Source: an uncultured Synergistaceae bacterium
Lineage (GTDB): Bacteria > Synergistota > Synergistia > Synergistales > 79-D21
Length of the DNA: 64,000 bases
Reading direction: 5' to 3'
Assembly: GCA_964521575.1 (NCBI GenBank)
Contig: CAZFSR010000002.1
Span: forward strand, 28,740-92,739
Shown: positions 54,039 through 63,775 of the stretch, piece by piece
How the letters are laid out: every line of letters starts with the position of its first letter
How positions within the stretch are numbered: the stretch's first letter is position 1
Position numbers and translations under genes: made by a program
Notes under the pieces: model-generated
Told to the model about the DNA's origin: nothing
Database searches by the model: none
What the model saw: the letters and a program-made list of their open reading frames with translations, nothing else

Positions 54039-54812
54039 ATGATTATACAGCAAATCGGGCTGGGCAGACCAGGCGAAAAGGTGGAGATCACCATGGAAGC
54101 GGCGGTGCGCCAAGTCGAAATCGTCCGGGCCTGCGCGGACGGTTCGTTCGAGCAAAGACCGGACGAGGTGCTGGAGGAACGGACTTTGGTCCTGGAGTTG
54201 GACGGGCGGGAAGAGGCTACCGCGATCCTGACCCCGGGCCGCGAGAAGGAATGGGCGCTGGGCCACCTGGCTTGCGGAAGGATGATCCTGTGCATGGAGG
54301 ACATAGCCGCGGTTTCCGTCGACCCCGGGAGGGTCCGGGTGAACCGAAAGGGCGCCCCGGTCACGGGGATGCGGCCGGATCCCCTGCCCGTCGCGTGGAG
54401 CATCCCGTTCGGGACCCTTCAGCAGGCGATCCACGATCTTGCCGAAGCACCTCTTTTCCGAAGAACGGGAAGCACCCACGTGGCCGTGCTGGGTTCCGTT
54501 TCGGGCCAGGCCCGGTTCCGGGTCGAGGATGTGGGCCGTCACAATGCGGTGGACAAGGCCGTGGGATGGGCGATCCTGGAGGGGATCGATCTTTCGGGCT
54601 GCTTCCTGGCCGTTTCCGGCCGACTGCCGGCTGACATGGTCTACAAGGCGATCGGGGCTGGGATCCCTCTCCTGGCAAGCGTTTCGGCCGTCACTGCCGG
54701 GGCCGTGGACGCGGCGCTGACCGGGGGAATCACGCTGATCGGCTTCGCGCGGGAGGGACGGATGAACATCTACTCCGTCCCTGAACGAGTCCGCGGATGC
54801 CCGAAGGGTTAG
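54039..54812 (+). CDS. fdhD: formate dehydrogenase accessory sulfurtransferase FdhD
   Basis: It has GRHNAVDKAVG and SGRLPADMVYKAIGAGIPLLASVSAVT, the FdhD hallmarks. Confidence 0.85.
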   Translation: MIIQQIGLGRPGEKVEITMEAAVRQVEIVRACADGSFEQRPDEVLEERTLVLELDGREEATAILTPGREKEWALGHLACGRMILCMEDIAAVSVDPGRVRVNRKGAPVTGMRPDPLPVAWSIPFGTLQQAIHDLAEAPLFRRTGSTHVAVLGSVSGQARFRVEDVGRHNAVDKAVGWAILEGIDLSGCFLAVSGRLPADMVYKAIGAGIPLLASVSAVTAGAVDAALTGGITLIGFAREGRMNIYSVPERVRGCPKG

Positions 54813-55456
54813 GGAAAATTTGGGTTCAACAGGCGATCGAGCTCTTCAGGCGTGTTCACTCCACCGAAGGACCGCCGATAGCCCGGCAGTAACCGGAAGG
54901 ACTCCTCCTCCACGACGGTAAGCTCGATCTGGCCGAAGAAGCTTTTGATTCGCCGTTCGCCGCCGTCAAGGGCTCGCCTGGCGGCGGGAAGGCACGAGGC
55001 GGAATAGAAGGCATGCAGGGGTTCGAGGTAACCGTCAAGGCGCGCGCAGGCCGCCTGGGTTCGCGGGGTGATGGCGTTCCAAAGAAGGCGCATGACGGCC
55101 TCCTGGACGAGGGGCATGTCGCACCCGATGGCGAAGGCCCATTCCGTGCGCATCGCCTCCAGGGCCGAGGCGAGACCTTCCAGCGGCCCCCTTCCGGGAG
55201 CGGAGTCCGCAACCACTTTGACCGGCCAACGGTCGCGAACCGGGGCCAGCAGTCTCTCTAGGCTTTCCAGGTCGCCTGGGCCCACCGCGATCAGCGTTTC
55301 ACGGAACCATGGCGTGACCCTCGAAAGAACCCTCTCGATGAGGAGGGTCTCGCCGACCGCCAGAAAAAGCTTGTTGCCTCCCATCCGCCTTCCCCGGCCG
55401 CCTCCCAGTATGACGGCGGAAGCGGGAAGAACCCCGCTTCCCCGGCTACCCCTCAT
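54809..55456 (-). CDS. mobA: molybdenum cofactor guanylyltransferase
   Basis: VILGGGRGRRMGG.NK is the MobA N-terminal motif. The protein is ~200 aa and lies next to fdhD. Confidence 0.75.
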   Translation of the reverse strand: MRGSRGSGVLPASAVILGGGRGRRMGGNKLFLAVGETLLIERVLSRVTPWFRETLIAVGPGDLESLERLLAPVRDRWPVKVVADSAPGRGPLEGLASALEAMRTEWAFAIGCDMPLVQEAVMRLLWNAITPRTQAACARLDGYLEPLHAFYSASCLPAARRALDGGERRIKSFFGQIELTVVEEESFRLLPGYRRSFGGVNTPEELDRLLNPNFP

Positions 55457-56651
55457 CCTTCAGCTCATTCTCCTGCAGGGAGAGTTCCATGCGGTCTTCC
55501 GGCACGGGAAGGAGATGGCGCGGGAGGAAGAATAGCCCGGCAACGAGGGTTGGAACGACCGCACTGCCGATGACGACCGCCACGAGGTGAGAGTATTGCT
55601 CCTGGGTCACGATACCGTGGGTCAGGCCGAAAAGGGCGGATATGGTGCCGAATGTCAGACCCGTCGACATAAGCAGGGTGTAGTACCACTTTTCCTCACG
55701 CTGTTTCCTGAATAGCCCGACAACAGGCAAAAGCCCGAATATCTTGGTGAAAACCTTTCCCGCGAGGAGGATCAGGAACACGAGCGGTGCCGACATCAGG
55801 GCCGGGATGGAAACAAAGGATCCGGCCCGGATGAAATAGAAAGGGGTCAGGAATCCGACGGTCAGCGTCCGCAGTCGCTGAACCCAAAACATGTCTCCTC
55901 CGGCGAACTCGGCCAGGACCATCCCGACAAGGTAAGCCGGAAGAACCGCCTCGCTTCCCGACCACAAGGCCAGCACGCTCAACCCGAAAAGGACAAGGAG
56001 GACCCATTTGGTCCTTATTGCGGCCGTGCGGTGACCGTAAACCCGGGTGAGGAAGTGGCTGACTTTCGGCAGCCCAAACAGGACGATGCCCGTCACGACG
56101 ACAAAAATCAGGGTTTTGACCGTAAAGGGCGAGAAGATCAGGCCCAATGCGATAACGGTGCCAAGGTCATTGATGAAACAGGCGCCGAGGACACCTTTCC
56201 CGAATTCGGTCTTGTTGAAGCCTGTTTCAAGCATGACGGCATAGACGACCGCCATGGAAGTCGTGGAAAGAGCAACGCCGCACAGCAAGCTGGCCCTTAT
56301 CCCCCAGTGCAGGCCATAATAGGCGAGGGCCGTGCACCCCAGGAAAGGGGCAAAAAATCCGACAATCCCGACCACGGAGACCTCTTTCAGCTTCTTTCTC
56401 ATTACGGAGGGCTCCAATTCCGCGCCCGCAAGGAACGTCAGGAGGATGGCACCCGACGAAGCCACGAAGCGAAGCCATTCTTCGTTGCTGCCCATGGCAT
56501 CGAGCATCCCCAGGGAAGAAGCGACGGCAGCGGTGGCAACCCCGACGCAGATTTCAACCAGGGCAATCGAAATCTTCAGGTGAAAGGCCAGTATTGCCGA
56601 CAGAACGGCCAGAATCAGCCAAAAGGCGGCAACCGCGAAAATGTGTTCCAT
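55446..56651 (-). CDS. cation:proton antiporter (CPA2/Kef-type)
   Basis: A polytopic ~400 aa protein with typical Na_H_Exchanger segments. The start is set at MEHIFAVAAF (ATG 56651). Confidence 0.7.
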   Translation of the reverse strand: MEHIFAVAAFWLILAVLSAILAFHLKISIALVEICVGVATAAVASSLGMLDAMGSNEEWLRFVASSGAILLTFLAGAELEPSVMRKKLKEVSVVGIVGFFAPFLGCTALAYYGLHWGIRASLLCGVALSTTSMAVVYAVMLETGFNKTEFGKGVLGACFINDLGTVIALGLIFSPFTVKTLIFVVVTGIVLFGLPKVSHFLTRVYGHRTAAIRTKWVLLVLFGLSVLALWSGSEAVLPAYLVGMVLAEFAGGDMFWVQRLRTLTVGFLTPFYFIRAGSFVSIPALMSAPLVFLILLAGKVFTKIFGLLPVVGLFRKQREEKWYYTLLMSTGLTFGTISALFGLTHGIVTQEQYSHLVAVVIGSAVVPTLVAGLFFLPRHLLPVPEDRMELSLQENELKDEG

Positions 56652-56888
56652 CAAAAACCCCTCCAATCGAAATCGTGAAGCTGAAACCTGGTTTTCGCCC
56701 GGCCCCACTGAAAGCACAAAAAAACTCCTACCGCTTCCAAGCCGCGCGGTAGGAGTCATTAGCCCTTCACGAGCATTCCCTGGGGGGACCCCATCCCCCA
56801 AACCAGTCGTAATCTATCAGATTCTTTCCGAATACTCAAGGGGGGTGCACCAATCGCCTCCGGCCAGGGAATAAACTTGTCTCGTAAT

Positions 56889-57716
56889 CTATTCCATATC
56901 TTCGAGATGATGCCTGAACACCAGGAAGTACAAAACGGCGACAAACAGGATTCCGCCCACCATGTTCCCGATCGTCACGGGAACCAGGTTATGCCAATAC
57001 CCTGCCCATGTCACGGCGGCCAGCTTGTCTGGAGCCAGTTCTGCCGCGGCGACGACCCCCTCGTTGCCTTTCAGGAAGATCCCGATAGACATGAAGTACA
57101 TATTGGCGACGTTGTGTTCAAAACCCGAGGCCACAAAGGCCGTGATCGGGAAAAAGATGGCGAAAATCTTGCCGACGATATCGGTTGCGGCCATGCTCAT
57201 CCAAACCGCCAGCACGACGAGCCAGTTGCAGAGGATCCCGCGAAAAAAGGCTTGCCCCATCGGCAGGCTCATCTTGGCTGCGGCGATCTTGAGGGCGTTG
57301 GCTCCGACAGGACCCGTCGCGAGGCCGGAATAGAAAATGAGGATGGCGATGAGGACAGACCCCGCAAGGTTCGCAAAAAAAACCCAGAACCAGTTGCGCA
57401 GGACCCCCTTGATCGGAGCGCATCCGGCCAACGTCCCCATGGGCATCAGGCAATTGCCGGTGAAGAGTTCCCCTCCCGCGATGACGACTAGCATCAGGCC
57501 GAGGGAGAACGCCGCTCCGCCCATGAATTTCGTCATGCCGACACCCGCGTACTTGGCGAGATCCTGTGTCACGACGGTGTTCAGGAAGCCCGCGAAAGCA
57601 ATGTAGGCTCCGGCGAGGACGCCCATGATCAAAAGTTGGGGAAGGGTCCATGCGCTTTTTGCCTTGGCCGCACTGCAGGCACTCTTGGCAAGTTCCTGGG
57701 GAGTCTTGAAATTCAT
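56889..57716 (-). CDS. focA: formate/nitrite transporter family protein (FocA/FdhC-like)
   Basis: It is a full-length FNT (GAELFTGN-type, FVASGFEHNVANM) directly downstream of fdhA. The start is ATG 57716, 9 nt after AAGGAGG. Confidence 0.8.
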   Translation of the reverse strand: MNFKTPQELAKSACSAAKAKSAWTLPQLLIMGVLAGAYIAFAGFLNTVVTQDLAKYAGVGMTKFMGGAAFSLGLMLVVIAGGELFTGNCLMPMGTLAGCAPIKGVLRNWFWVFFANLAGSVLIAILIFYSGLATGPVGANALKIAAAKMSLPMGQAFFRGILCNWLVVLAVWMSMAATDIVGKIFAIFFPITAFVASGFEHNVANMYFMSIGIFLKGNEGVVAAAELAPDKLAAVTWAGYWHNLVPVTIGNMVGGILFVAVLYFLVFRHHLEDME

Positions 57717-57801
57717 GTCGTTGCCGTCCTCCTTTTTCTCCATGGTTCCTGGAGGCTGGAACCGGCCTATCCTAGCCCCCTCGCCTCGGGAATCGCCTCG
57801 C

Positions 57802-60513
57802 CTAGGCCTTCTCCAGCCTGACGGCACTAACCTTGTAGCCCGGAGTCTCGGAATCCGGGTCGATGGCGGCCGCCGTCAGGATATTCGCCGAAGCCTCCCC
57901 GAAGTGGAACGGCAGGAAGAGCATCTTCGGCGGAACGCGATCGGTGATCTTCGCCTTGCCCTCCACCGAACCGCGGCGGGAGATCACGCGGACCCTGTCC
58001 CCCTCCACCAGGTTCATTCGAGCCGCATCCCCAGGGTGAACCTCCACGTAGAGTTCCTTCACGAACTCGCCCGGAGCGCTCCTCCGGGTCATGCTGCCGG
58101 AGTGATAGTGGTAGAGCAGCCGGCCCGTGGTGGCCAGGAACGGGTATTCCTCGTCGGGCCACTCGTGGGGGGCCTTCCACTCGCAGGGCGAGAAGGAGGC
58201 TTTCCCGTTAGGGCGCGCAAACTTCGCTGTGTGCAGTATCGGCGTTCCCGGATGGTCCGGTGTGGGGCAAGGCCAGGCAAGCGGCCCCTCTTCCAGGCGG
58301 GCGTGGCTCATCCCCGCGTAACTCGGGGTTACCTGGGCGATGGCGTCAAACACTTCCGATGCGCTCCGGAAATTCCACGGGGAGCCCATGCGCCGAGCGA
58401 TGGCGGTGAGAATCTCCCAGTCTGCCCTTGCTTCCCCCGGCGCCGCCACGGCCTTGCGGACCCTCTGCACCGCTCGGCAGGTGTTCGTGAACGTGCCGTC
58501 CTTCTCTCCCCAGCAAGCCGCGGGAAGAACCACGTCTGCAAGCTGGGCGGTCTCCGTCAGGAAGATGTCCTGGACGACGAGCAGGTCCAGTTTCTCCAGG
58601 GAGCTCCGCACGTGGTGAGTGTCGGGGTCCGTCACCATGGGATTTTCCCCCATGATGAACAGGGCCTTGATGTCCCCGTTTCCGGCGGCCTCCATCATCT
58701 TCACGACGCTGAGGCCGGGCGTGACGGGCATATCGACGCCGTTCCAGGCGGCCTTCATCCTGCTCCGCGCTTCCGGGTCGGCCACTTTCTGGTAGCCCGT
58801 GAAAACATCCGGCAGGCAGCCCATGTCGCAGGCACCCTGGACGTTGTTCTGCCCCCGAAGGGGGTTGACTCCCGTCCCCGGCCTGCCCAGCATGCCGCAA
58901 AGCAGTGCCAGGTTGGCCATGGTCCGGACGTTATTCGTTCCCGTGACGTGCTGCGTGATCCCCATGGTGTAGAAGATGGCCGAGTTGGGCCCGGCCGCAT
59001 AAAGGTGGGCGGCCCTTTCGACCAGCTCTGCCGGGATACCCGTTATCTCGCCGGTCTTCTCCGGAGTGTAGGAGGCCACCGTCGCTTTCAGGGCATCCAG
59101 GTTCTCCACCCGCTCGGCGATGAAGGCCTCGTTCTGCAGGTTGTCCCGCAGGATGACATGCATCATCCCGTTCACGAGAGCCACGTCCGATCCGCTCTTG
59201 TGGCGCAGGTAGACATCTGCGTACCCGGCCAGTTCGATCATCCGCGGATCACACACGATGAGCTTCGCCCCGTTCTTCTTGCGCTCCTTGATCATCGCAC
59301 CGAGAACCGGGTGGGCTTCGGTCGTGTTTGAACCGATCACGAAAATCACGTCCGCCTGCTTGAGGGATTTGAAATCGTTGGTCATGGCGCCGCTTCCGAA
59401 GGTCTCACCGAGACCTTTCACCGTGGCGCTGTGTCAGAGATGGGCACAGTGGTCGACGTTGTTGGTGCCGATCACCTCCCTTGCCAGGCGCTGCAGCAGG
59501 AAGTTTTCCTCATTGGTGCACCGGGCCGACGAGAAAAAGCCGATCGCGTCCGGCCCGTGCTCTTCCCGGATGTGCCCCAGGCCGCCCACGACGACATTCA
59601 GCGCTTCGTCCCAGCTGGCCTCACGGAACGTGCCGTTTTCCCTGATCAAGGGGGTCGTGAGACGTTCGTCGCTGTGCACGAACTGCCATGCGAATCGCCC
59701 TTTCACGCAAGTTCGGCCTTCGTTCAGGGCGGTCGGGGAAGTGTAGTCCGTCTTCACGTTGGCGATACGGCCGGTCTTCCTGTTGACCTGGATGTTGAGT
59801 TCGCAGCCCACCCCGCAGTAGGAACAGACCGTCTTCACCGATTCCATTTCCCAGGGGCGCCCTTGCCCCATGGAGGTTTTCTCAGAAAGGGCCCCCACCG
59901 GGCACATCTGTACGCACTGTCCGCAGAAGGTGCAGTCCGAGTGCTCCAGGTCCCTGCCCACCGGCGGGTGGACCATCGTCCTGATCCCGCGGTTCTGGAA
60001 GTCGATGGCGTGGACCTGCGCCAGGCTCTCGCAGGTGCGGATGCACCGGCCGCACAGGATGCACTTGTTCATGTCGCGAACGTAGAACGGGTTGGCGTCC
60101 TCGATGGCGTAGGTTCGGCAGGTGTCGCCCTCTTCGGCGAACCTGGATCCCTTGATCCCCAGCTCGTAGGCCGCGTCCTGCAGCTCGCACTGGCCATTGC
60201 TGGAGCAGGAGAAGCAATCGAGCGGGTGACGGACAAGCAGCAGTTCCACCACTGCCCGCCGAGCTTCGAGAACCCGCGGGGAATGGGTGTAAACCACCAT
60301 CCCCGGGTTAAGCGGCGTGGAACAGGCTGTCAGGAGTTTCGGATTCATCTCCACTTCCACCAGGCACACCCGGCAGGCTCCCACCGGATTCAGAGCCGGG
60401 TGGTCGCAGAGGGTGGGGATGTGGATCCCGTTGACTCGGGCGGCCTGGAGGATCGTCATGCCGGGATCGGCGACGATCTTCCGGCCGTTGATGATCGCTT
60501 CGATGCCTTGCAT
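57802..60513 (-). CDS. fdhA: formate dehydrogenase alpha subunit, selenocysteine-containing (in-frame TGA at 59434-59436)
   Basis: An N-terminal 2Fe-2S plus 4Fe-4S NuoG-like region is followed by an MopB domain. Translation across the stop reads NNVDHCAHL-U-HSATVKGLGETFG, the canonical Sec/Cys active-site context of FDH-H-type enzymes. The downstream ORF 57802..59421 is in the same frame. Confidence 0.85.
59399..59417 (-). ncRNA. candidate SECIS hairpin downstream of the UGA
   Basis: The minus strand reads AAGGUCUC-GGU-GAGACCUU (8-bp stem, GGU in the apical region), beginning 17 nt after the UGA. Confidence 0.5.
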
Positions 60514-60537
60514 CTCTACCCGACCTCCTCTTCAGCG

Positions 60538-62331
60538 TCAGCGCCTGGCGATGGCCTTAACGGGACAGGCCTCCGCGCAGGCACCGCACTTGACACACTT
60601 TTCCGTGTCGATGACATGGGGTTTCCGGGTTTCGCCCGAAATGGCCCCCACCGGGCAGATTCGGGCACACTTCGTGCAGCCGATGCACCTCACGGGGTCG
60701 ATGAGGAAGTTCGTCAGGGCCCCGCAGGCACCGGCCGGGCATTTCTTATCGTTGATGTGGGCCTCGTACTCGTGGCGGAAGTAGCGAATCGTGGTCAGGA
60801 TGGGGTTGGGAGCCGTCTGGCCGAGTCCGCAGAGGGAGGTTTCCTTGACCTGGGTGCCCAGGTATTCGAGCTTCTCGATGTCGCCGGGCTTTCCTTTACC
60901 CTCGGTGATCCGGGTCAGGATGTCGAGCATCTTCTTGGTCCCTTCGCGGCAGGGGACGCATTTGCCGCAGGACTCGGCCTGGGTGAACTCCAGGAAGAAC
61001 CTGGCCATGTCCACCATGCAGGTTTCCTCATCCACGACGACCAGGCCGCCGGAGCCCATGATGGCCCCGGCTCCGGTAAGAGACTCGTAGCTGATGGGAA
61101 GGTCAAGATGCTCTTCGGTGAGGCATCCTCCCGAAGGCCCGCCGATCTGGACCGCCTTGAATTTCTTCTCGTTGATGATTCCGCCGCCGATGTCGAAGAC
61201 GACCTCGCGAATCGTCGTGCCCATCGGTACCTCCACCAGGCCGGTGTTCTTCACCTTGCCCGTCAGCGCGAAGACTTTCGTCCCCTTGGATTTCCCTGTG
61301 CCGATGGAAGCGTACCAGGCGCCGCCGTTCAGGATGATCTGGGGGACATTTCCCCAGGTCTCGACGTTGTTGATATTCGACGGCTTGCCCCATAGCCCCT
61401 TGTTCGCCGGGAACGGGGGACGGGGACGCGGCATGCCGCGCCCGCCCTCGATCGACGCCATCAGGGCCGTCTCCTCGCCGCAGACGAAGGCGCCGGCGCC
61501 TTCCTTGACGTGCAGCTCGAACGAGAAGTTCGTGCCCATGATGTTCTTGCCCAGCAGGCCGTAGGCCTCGGCCTGTGCGATGGCCTTCTTCAGGCGCTTG
61601 ATCGCCAGGGGGTACTCGGCCCGGCAGTAGATGTATCCCTCGTCCGATCCCATGGCGTAGGCGCCGATGGCCATCCCTTCCAGGACACAGTGCGGATCGC
61701 CTTCCAGCAGAGAGCGGTCCATGAAGGCCCCGGGGTCGCCCTCGTCGGCGTTGCAGATCGTGTACTTCTTGTCGCTCACCGACTTTTTGCAGAACTCCCA
61801 CTTCATCCCAGTCGGGAAACCGCCGCCTCCACGGCCCCGAAGGCCGGAGATCTTCATCTCGTTGATCACATCATCGGGCGTCATCTCCAGGAGGGCTTTT
61901 GCCAGCCCCTGGTAGCCGTCCCGGCCGATGTACTCCTCGATGTTGTCGGGATTGATGTAGCCGCAATTCTTCAGGGTGATGCGGCGCTGCTTGGAGTAAA
62001 AGGGAAGTTCGTTGTAGCGGGCGACCGCATCGACGGTGACTTCTTCCTTCAGGAGCAGGCGCTTGACGATACGCCCCTTGTAAAGATGCTCCTCTGCGAT
62101 CTCGGCTGCGTCTTCCGGCCGGACCCGGGTGTAGAAGGTCCCTTCCGGGTAGACGACGACGATCGGTCCCGCCTCGCACATCCCGTGGCAGCCAGTCTGG
62201 ACCACCAGCACTTCCCTGTCGAGCTTTCTCTTTTCCAGCTCGGCCTTCAGGTTCTCCTGGAGCTTCAGGCTTCCGCTGGAAACGCAGCCGGTTCCGCCGC
62301 AGACCAGCACGTGACTCCGATAGGTCGGCAT
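60538..62331 (-). CDS. NuoF-like NAD(P)H-binding flavoprotein subunit (thioredoxin-like 2Fe-2S N-terminus, FMN/NADH core, 2x[4Fe-4S] C-terminus)
   Basis: It has VLVCGGTGC...CHGMCEAGP, GLRGRGGGGFPTGMKW, ESCGKC.PCREG, CIGCTKCARICP and CVKCGACAEACP. The start is ATG 62331. Confidence 0.85.
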   Translation of the reverse strand: MPTYRSHVLVCGGTGCVSSGSLKLQENLKAELEKRKLDREVLVVQTGCHGMCEAGPIVVVYPEGTFYTRVRPEDAAEIAEEHLYKGRIVKRLLLKEEVTVDAVARYNELPFYSKQRRITLKNCGYINPDNIEEYIGRDGYQGLAKALLEMTPDDVINEMKISGLRGRGGGGFPTGMKWEFCKKSVSDKKYTICNADEGDPGAFMDRSLLEGDPHCVLEGMAIGAYAMGSDEGYIYCRAEYPLAIKRLKKAIAQAEAYGLLGKNIMGTNFSFELHVKEGAGAFVCGEETALMASIEGGRGMPRPRPPFPANKGLWGKPSNINNVETWGNVPQIILNGGAWYASIGTGKSKGTKVFALTGKVKNTGLVEVPMGTTIREVVFDIGGGIINEKKFKAVQIGGPSGGCLTEEHLDLPISYESLTGAGAIMGSGGLVVVDEETCMVDMARFFLEFTQAESCGKCVPCREGTKKMLDILTRITEGKGKPGDIEKLEYLGTQVKETSLCGLGQTAPNPILTTIRYFRHEYEAHINDKKCPAGACGALTNFLIDPVRCIGCTKCARICPVGAISGETRKPHVIDTEKCVKCGACAEACPVKAIARR

Positions 62332-62577
62332 CTTCGCTATCCCCCCTAGTCCGCCGTGGTCCCGGCGGAGGTCCCGCACGTTCCGGGGCCGATGATGATC
62401 CCCGTCTTTCTCTCCGGGCGCGCCGCGGCATGGTCGCGGTTGCGCTCGCTTTGATCTTCGCCCCTCTCGAAGCCCTCGCGCGTTTCCGTTACCGGTAAAG
62501 GTCCAGGATCCCGCGGCGCCGTTCTCCTCGACCTTCAGTCCTCCACCCTCATTCCGGTTCTGCCGATATTCCCGCTC

Positions 62578-62606
62578 ATTCTAGCAATGGACTAACCGAT
62601 GAGCAA
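62578..62606 (-). promoter_or_regulatory. sigma70-like promoter for the nuoF-like/fdhA/focA operon
   Basis: The minus strand reads TTGCTC-17 nt-TAGAAT. It lies ~240 nt upstream of the nuoF-like start codon. Confidence 0.45.
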
Positions 62607-62711
62607 AAGCATGCGGTTATCATGTCACATGCAGGGTTTATCGCACCCTGCCCGGGACTTGGGACATGGCCAAGGGGGGAAATGGGGTTTTCGAAAGGGT
62701 CCGACGGAGGA

Positions 62712-63266
62712 TCAGAGGCTTGTATCGGTCGATTCGATGTTCTCGCGGAGGAAATCGCGCAGCCAGAGAGCGACTTCCGGGCTTCTCAGCATTTGGGGGT
62801 CCTCCAGGATGTTGAGGATCTCCTCGGAGTCGAAGGTAAAGGTCCGCCCGTTGCAAACATGGCGATAGATCCACCGGACGTTCGGGGCTCCTGCGAGGAG
62901 CGTGACGAGCGTGGAAGGGATATTCCCCAGCGGGGGACGGTCGATGCAGTCGAGGGTGAACTCCGCCCTGAGCGTCGTTCCCTCCCCCGGCGTCGATTTC
63001 AGGGAAAGGAAGCCGCCGCACAGTTCCGCGGACTGCTTCAGGAACGGTAGCCCCAATCCGACACGCCGGGTGGTGCGCGTCGTGTAGAAAGGATCCAGGA
63101 CCTTTACGGCTGTTTCGGCATCCATCCCATGCCCGTTGTCCGTAACCTCCAGGGCAAGGCGGTTCTTCCCCGTGTCCTGGTCGACGGTGATCTCGACACG
63201 GCGGGCACCGGCATTCAGGCTGTTTTCGGCAATATCCAGGATATGCTGCGAAAGGTCTTCAAGCAT
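62712..63266 (-). CDS. stand-alone HATPase_c (GHKL) domain protein
   Basis: It has N-box ENSLNAG, G1 DNGHGM and G2 GLGLPFL. There is no sensor or DHp domain. Similar proteins accompany NuoF-type hydrogenase/FDH operons. Confidence 0.65.
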   Translation of the reverse strand: MLEDLSQHILDIAENSLNAGARRVEITVDQDTGKNRLALEVTDNGHGMDAETAVKVLDPFYTTRTTRRVGLGLPFLKQSAELCGGFLSLKSTPGEGTTLRAEFTLDCIDRPPLGNIPSTLVTLLAGAPNVRWIYRHVCNGRTFTFDSEEILNILEDPQMLRSPEVALWLRDFLRENIESTDTSL

Positions 63267-63717
63267 AAAACCGCTGCTCCCAAAGGGCCCTGAAAGCGTG
63301 AAGGGCGCGCTCGGCCCGCTCGGCGCAGGCCGGTGTCAGTTCATCCCCGAAATCGAACCGCTCGCCTTCGACCGTGACAAGCCAGGCTTCAGGCTTCCTC
63401 CCATGGATGCGCAGGCCCATCGCGAGGATCCAGTCGGGAGTCACCGTATGGAGGTTCAATCCTTCGAGGATTTCCCTCGCATTGACGGAGCGGACCTGGA
63501 ATCCCTCCGGCGTGTTTTCCATCGAGGCATCGACGAAGATCGCAAAATCCGCGTTTTCAAGGTCAGCCGCGGCTTCAGGAAGAAGTTGGTGTTCCAGGGA
63601 AAGGTTCACGCGATGTCCGCGGCCTTCAAGGTATTTCGAGATGAGAGGAGCCAGGACGAACGCGACTCCGTCATCCATCCGGGAATCATTTCCGTATCCG
63701 AAAATCGTGATATTCAT
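63259..63717 (-). CDS. hydrogenase maturation endopeptidase
   Basis: It has the FGYGNDSRMDDGVA (GxGNxxxxDDGxG) motif and later D/H ligand contexts. It sits directly downstream of a [NiFe] large subunit gene. Confidence 0.75.
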   Translation of the reverse strand: MNITIFGYGNDSRMDDGVAFVLAPLISKYLEGRGHRVNLSLEHQLLPEAAADLENADFAIFVDASMENTPEGFQVRSVNAREILEGLNLHTVTPDWILAMGLRIHGRKPEAWLVTVEGERFDFGDELTPACAERAERALHAFRALWEQRFYA

Positions 63718-63775
63718 CGTGTCATCAAAGAGGGGGCCCGTTTATGGCGGGCCCCCTCCGCTCCTTTTTTTAAAC

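Noticed and set aside
57802-60513. Interpretation of fdhA as two genes or a nonsense pseudogene
   Set aside because: The stop is a TGA exactly at the conserved Sec/Cys active-site position. The frame is maintained and a hairpin follows, so selenocysteine recoding is the simpler explanation.
57625-61395. Long plus-strand ORFs (57625..59331, 568 aa; 59431..61395, 654 aa; 61510..62349) opposite fdhA and the nuoF-like gene
   Set aside because: They are shadow ORFs. The minus-strand products have unambiguous Fe-S, FMN and molybdopterin motifs, and the plus-strand translations are Arg/Gly/Pro-rich with no motifs.
63730-63760. Hairpin GAGGGGGCCCG-tttatgg-CGGGCCCCCTC between the hydrogenase large subunit and the protease gene as a terminator
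   Set aside because: The T-run lies on the plus strand, where no gene ends. On the coding (minus) strand the hairpin is followed directly by the protease start, so a terminator role is doubtful. It may be an mRNA-stability or processing element, but I cannot support that.
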